A stretch of DNA of 64,000 bases from IMG/VR virus record IMGVR_UViG_3300045988_085681, positions 1-64,000 of that record. One strand, given 5' to 3'. Positions 60,358 to 64,000 of the stretch are shown one piece after another. A program made the translations under genes and the position numbers. Position 1 is the stretch's first letter, and every line of letters starts with the position of its first letter. Source of the DNA: a virus. The notes beneath the pieces are model-generated. The model was given only the letters and a program-made list of their open reading frames with translations, did no database searches and was not told the DNA's origin.

Positions 60358-60893
60358 TAATAGGAATTTCTGGAAAAGCTACTTCAGGTAAAGACACTGT
60401 AGCTAATTATTATAGTAGATTTAGTAAAGCACATTGTACTACTTTACATTTTGCAGATTCTTTAAAAGATTGCTGTCAAGGATTACTTATACCATTTGGT
60501 ACTTATGATATGTCTCTACAAGAGACTAAGAAGTTAACTATTCCTTGGATGGGTAAAGGTTATACTGTCAGAAATTTACTTCAAGATGTTGGCAATGCTT
60601 TTAGACAAAGTATTACTGAAGATTTTTGGGTAAATATTATGATTGGTAAGATTGCAGCTATTAAAAAGAATGGTTCTATAGATACTATATTAATTCCAGA
60701 TGTTCGCTATCCTAACGAATTTAAAATGATAAAAGATTTAGGAGGAGAAGTATGGAGAGTTGAGAGACCTAATATTACATTAATGGACCACATTAGTGAG
60801 ACAGCATTAGATGATTATACTTTTGATAAGATTATTCAAAATAATGGAACTATAACTGATTTACAAAATAAAATTAAATGCCTAAGTATTTAG
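60351..60893 (+). CDS. deoxynucleoside monophosphate kinase (T4 gp1-like P-loop kinase)
   Basis: N-terminal P-loop MVIIGISGKATSGKDTVANY resembles T4 dNMP kinase (GVKRSGKDT). Confidence 0.6.
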   Translation: MVIIGISGKATSGKDTVANYYSRFSKAHCTTLHFADSLKDCCQGLLIPFGTYDMSLQETKKLTIPWMGKGYTVRNLLQDVGNAFRQSITEDFWVNIMIGKIAAIKKNGSIDTILIPDVRYPNEFKMIKDLGGEVWRVERPNITLMDHISETALDDYTFDKIIQNNGTITDLQNKIKCLSI

Positions 60894-61054
60894 TAACTAC
60901 TAGTAAAGATGTAATTAGATATATATCTTATGTTGTAGAAGCCAACTCTCAAGAAGAAGCTGAAGAAAATTGGTGGCAAGGAGAAATGGCAGATGAATGG
61001 TATGAGTCATCAGGAGATACTTATGTTGAAGAATCTGAAGAAATAACAGACTAA
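60878..61054 (+). CDS. small acidic protein (58 aa)
   Basis: ATG overlaps the end of the previous gene; MPKYLVTTSKDV...EENWWQGEMADEWYESSGD; below the ORF-track cutoff. Confidence 0.3.
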   Translation: MPKYLVTTSKDVIRYISYVVEANSQEEAEENWWQGEMADEWYESSGDTYVEESEEITD

Positions 61055-61266
61055 TGTTTAAAATAAATTTATTAGACATAAATGTAATAGAAGCACAAAA
61101 GTGCTGTGATTATTTTGATCAAGGATATGTTTATACAGAAGAAATATATCCAGAGTTGTTTAATAATCCGAATGCTAAAATTACTATGGTAGGAAAAATA
61201 GATATCAGTATATTGCAAGATTTAGTAAAAGAAAATAATTTAATTAATACCTTATATTGGTATTAA
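61054..61266 (+). CDS. hypothetical protein
   Basis: ORF track; last plus-strand gene before the terminator. Confidence 0.4.
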   Translation: MFKINLLDINVIEAQKCCDYFDQGYVYTEEIYPELFNNPNAKITMVGKIDISILQDLVKENNLINTLYWY

Positions 61267-61275
61267 ACATTTAAA

Positions 61276-61323
61276 GGGGCGTAGCTCAGGAGAAATCCTG
61301 GGTTACGCCCCTTATTTTTTTTT
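61276..61323 (+). terminator. strong rho-independent terminator at the strand switch
   Basis: ggggcgta-[ctcagga gaaa tcctggg]-tacgcccc, an 8-bp GC stem with an inner hairpin, followed by about 12 T. Confidence 0.7.
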
Positions 61324-61580
61324 AATTAAGTATTACTATTATTATTTACTTTTAAAGCCTAAGCGAACATACTAGTTGCTGGAATACTTGATAATGTGAA
61401 TATAGAGAGCTACTTAACAGGATCATCTAAGAAGTTTGGATTAGTTGCCATAGTAAACATATTTTTTAATTCAGTAACAGGATAAGTGTATACTGGCACA
61501 CTTATATCTCCTGAAGCTGATACTACACTAAAAGGTCCACAGAAATTACTAGGAGACTGCTATGCGCCTTTAAATATTCC

Positions 61581-64000
61581 TTTACTAAGTCCTGCTAATA
61601 CTATATTTTTCTTAGCCTCATCTTTATACCAAGCATCAAATCCTGGAACTAATACTGACTTAAACAAAATCGTCATAAATGCAAAATAAATTAAATCTGA
61701 TAATCCTTTAATAAAATTTTTAAATTCCTAAGGATTAGCTTGCAAATATTTATGGCACTCTGTTAAAGAACGTTTATTAATTAGAGTTTTAAATAAAGTT
61801 CCATAAGTTCCCATAATACCTTGAACTACTATAGGAATATTTTTTATAGCGGGAACAGAATCCTCAGATTGCTCAAAAGTTAGAGTACCATCAGATTTTA
61901 TAAATAAAGGTCTACCATTTACAGTTTCCTACTCAAATTTATCTGATTCTACTAATCTCTTTTTAGAAAAATAATTTCCAATAGTAGCATTTAGATAAGT
62001 AGTAAATTGTCCAAATCCCATACCTATAGCCATATTTTCCCACATAGCTTTACCATTCAAATCATAATTTGCATAAATATGATTTGCAAAATCTTTAATT
62101 CTATCAATTTCAGTTAGAGAATAAGGCATTGGTAATTTATTACCCATATATTCAATAGGGCTTTCTATATGATCTTTATTATATCCTCGTACTGATGCAT
62201 AATATCTTGCTTTAGCCTATAAATATTTTTCAGAACCTTTAGTTCCTTTAAAATAATCTATAAACCTTTTATCTAGAGTAGCGTCATATGTAAGTTCACC
62301 ATCTTTAGTTATATTTAAAGCACTATCTTTAGTGAGATTGCCTGTACTATCAATATCTATTACTCCATCCTATAAAGCTCTTGCTACAAACAAGGACATT
62401 CTATTTAAGAAATCAGGGCGTTTCATTGTATTATACATAATATCCCCTATATGACTAACACCACTTCTATCGGTTCTTAAGCCTGTGGCTATGTTAGCAA
62501 AGTCCAAATTAGATAAACCATACTAAATACATAACTAATTTAATAAAGTGACACTTCTAACATTAGTAAAACTTCCTTTAAATACATAATTATAAGCTTT
62601 AGTTAAGTTAGCAGTTGTTAAATCTGTCTATTTAGTGGCAATTTTTATATAATTCTACTAAAATCCTTCTAAAGTATCACGTACCATAGACTTAAAATTA
62701 AATCCTAAAAATATTTTAGATATTAATGATTTTAAAGGACTAACTACTGAAAATATCTTTTTAGAAGTATCTTCTAGAATTGATTCTCTAAAGATATTAA
62801 CTTTTAAATATTTTCCAACTTCTTTTTCAAACCAATTTAAATATGCCTTATTGTTGGCGTTAATAGATAAAGCTCTTGTATGAAATAATATAGACTAGAT
62901 CAATACTAAAGCATTATTAAACTATTTAGTTCTCTCTTCCTAAGCAACGTAACTATATAATAATGCAGGTATGTTTATTTCCCAAAATGAAGAATCATGA
63001 GTATCTAACATTTCCTACCGAAGAGTATCATCACTACTCATACTAGAGGAAAATGGATTTTTTACTCCCTAAGACATAAGATATTCTAACGTAGCATTCT
63101 ATCCAGACTATTTGTCTAAATCCATCTAATATTTTGTAAAAGTATCAAGAGGGTTCTATACTAGTTCTTTTAAATGATTCCATTTATCTTTTAAAGAACG
63201 TACTGATAAAGTCCCAGAACCTCTCATAAGAGGCGCCCTTAAATATACAGGATCTGTATCTAATAATTTTTTAAAATTAGGATCTTCATAACTAGAATAA
63301 GTAAACTCTTTATTATGCATTTTATTGGTTATTTTAGCAAAATGAAATAATGCTTTCTTCAAAAACAACCTTTCATGCTCCTTTAACTCTACACTAGTAA
63401 AAGGATTTTTAAATATCATAGTAGGATTACCATAAGAATCTTGCTCAAATAAAGGGAGAAAATATTTATTCTCATTACCTATTAAAGAACCTTCTAATTC
63501 TGAATAACCACATGCTTTAAAATACTCTCTAACAAAGTTCTAAATAGGTATGCACTATTTCATTATTTCCTCATTAGCTAAATTATTAGTTTTATTAACT
63601 ATTCTAGTAATTGCACGATAATTGCTATCAGAGATATCAGTAGGACTTACAAACCAAGATTCTAGAGAACTAAGAGGTTTAAATTGAGTTTCTGTATATA
63701 CTCCATTTAAGGTATTATAAACATAGCAAGCCTAATTATATAATTCATATAAGAATTTCTAGTTATAATCTAAACTACTGAAATTATTAGTTTTAGCTAT
63801 ATTTTTTATTTGATACTCATTCTATAAAAATTCTAAGAAAGATTTAAGAGCAGCACGTCTTGCAGCGTCAGTATTTGCTTGAGAAAGATTTTCTAAAGCT
63901 TCTTTAGTTTTAATTTTAATAGCAGACTAATCAGCATAAGTAGACTCCTGAAGTAAGTCATTAGCATAATCTAAAATTAGCTAATAATCATCTACATACT
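61581..64000 (-). CDS. late-region protein (or proteins) on the minus strand with in-frame TAG codons (amber-recoded); continues past the window end
   Basis: Hand translation of the minus strand, about 800 codons in total. Each long continuous stretch has only TAG as in-frame stops, about 20 in total, with no TAA or TGA. The peptide is protein-like throughout (for example ...GVIDIDSTGNLTKDSALNITKDGELTYDATLDKRFIDYFKG...). A real TAA lies at 61581-61583. The ORF-track fragments 61929-62147 and 63156-63419 are pieces of it. One frame discontinuity near 63140-63360 was not resolved by eye. Confidence 0.55.

Noticed and set aside
1-61270. Whole-window alternative genetic code, or TGA recoding
   Set aside because: Long conserved plus-strand genes are intact under the standard code with TAA, TGA and TAG all used as terminators. 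In the late region only TAG is read through. TAA terminates the late gene at 61581.
61486-61689. Plus-strand 67-aa ORF
   Set aside because: Lies antisense inside the continuous minus-strand recoded late gene. It sits downstream of the plus-strand terminator with no upstream partner.
1-64000. CRISPR arrays, integrases or transposases
   Set aside because: No direct-repeat/spacer periodicity was seen, and no tyrosine or serine recombinase or transposase motifs were seen in any ORF.

Overview
The window is a 64 kb stretch of a large, very AT-rich dsDNA phage genome; nothing in it looks cellular. Promoter-proximal Shine-Dalgarno motifs are absent, several proteins carry lipoprotein or signal peptides, and an anaerobic ribonucleotide reductase (NrdD/NrdG) is encoded. 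I infer a Bacteroidota-type anaerobic host and possibly a crAss-like lineage, but I cannot verify either without a database.

- **Plus-strand module (1-61270).** This is one long array of co-oriented genes that read cleanly under the standard genetic code. It holds the replication and nucleotide-metabolism functions:
  - An intron-split family-A DNA polymerase, three helicases (SF2 DEAH, DnaB-like, Dda/RecD-like), a Toprim primase, a Sak4-like ATPase, a putative SSB, RNase H and a ligase.
  - NrdD/NrdG with a thioredoxin, ThyX, dUTPase, a dNMP kinase, a 5'(3')-deoxyribonucleotidase and a HAD phosphatase.
  - Three metallophosphoesterases, a sigma-70 factor and a GIY-YIG homing endonuclease.
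  - An NAD-salvage cluster: a NAMPT-family enzyme, a macro-domain protein and a PRPP-synthetase-like enzyme.
  - An AAA+ ATPase followed by an SPFH/flotillin-like protein.
  - A block of at least five tRNAs.

- **Minus-strand module (61581-64000).** A strong terminator at about 61276-61323 marks a strand switch. The coding on the minus strand beyond it is uninterrupted for over 800 codons, and the only in-frame stop codons are about 20 TAG codons, with no TAA or TGA. That is the signature of amber (TAG) stop-codon reassignment confined to a late gene region.

- **Other notable structure.**
  - The DNA polymerase gene is split by two group I-type introns, each carrying a LAGLIDADG homing endonuclease.
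  - Three plus-strand genes are split or frameshifted: the NAMPT-family gene, a GatB/YqeY-domain gene, and a coiled-coil gene behind an A8 homopolymer.
  - A GC-rich, apparently structured non-coding segment lies at 2543-2900.

Coordinates of hand-derived features may be off by a few nucleotides.
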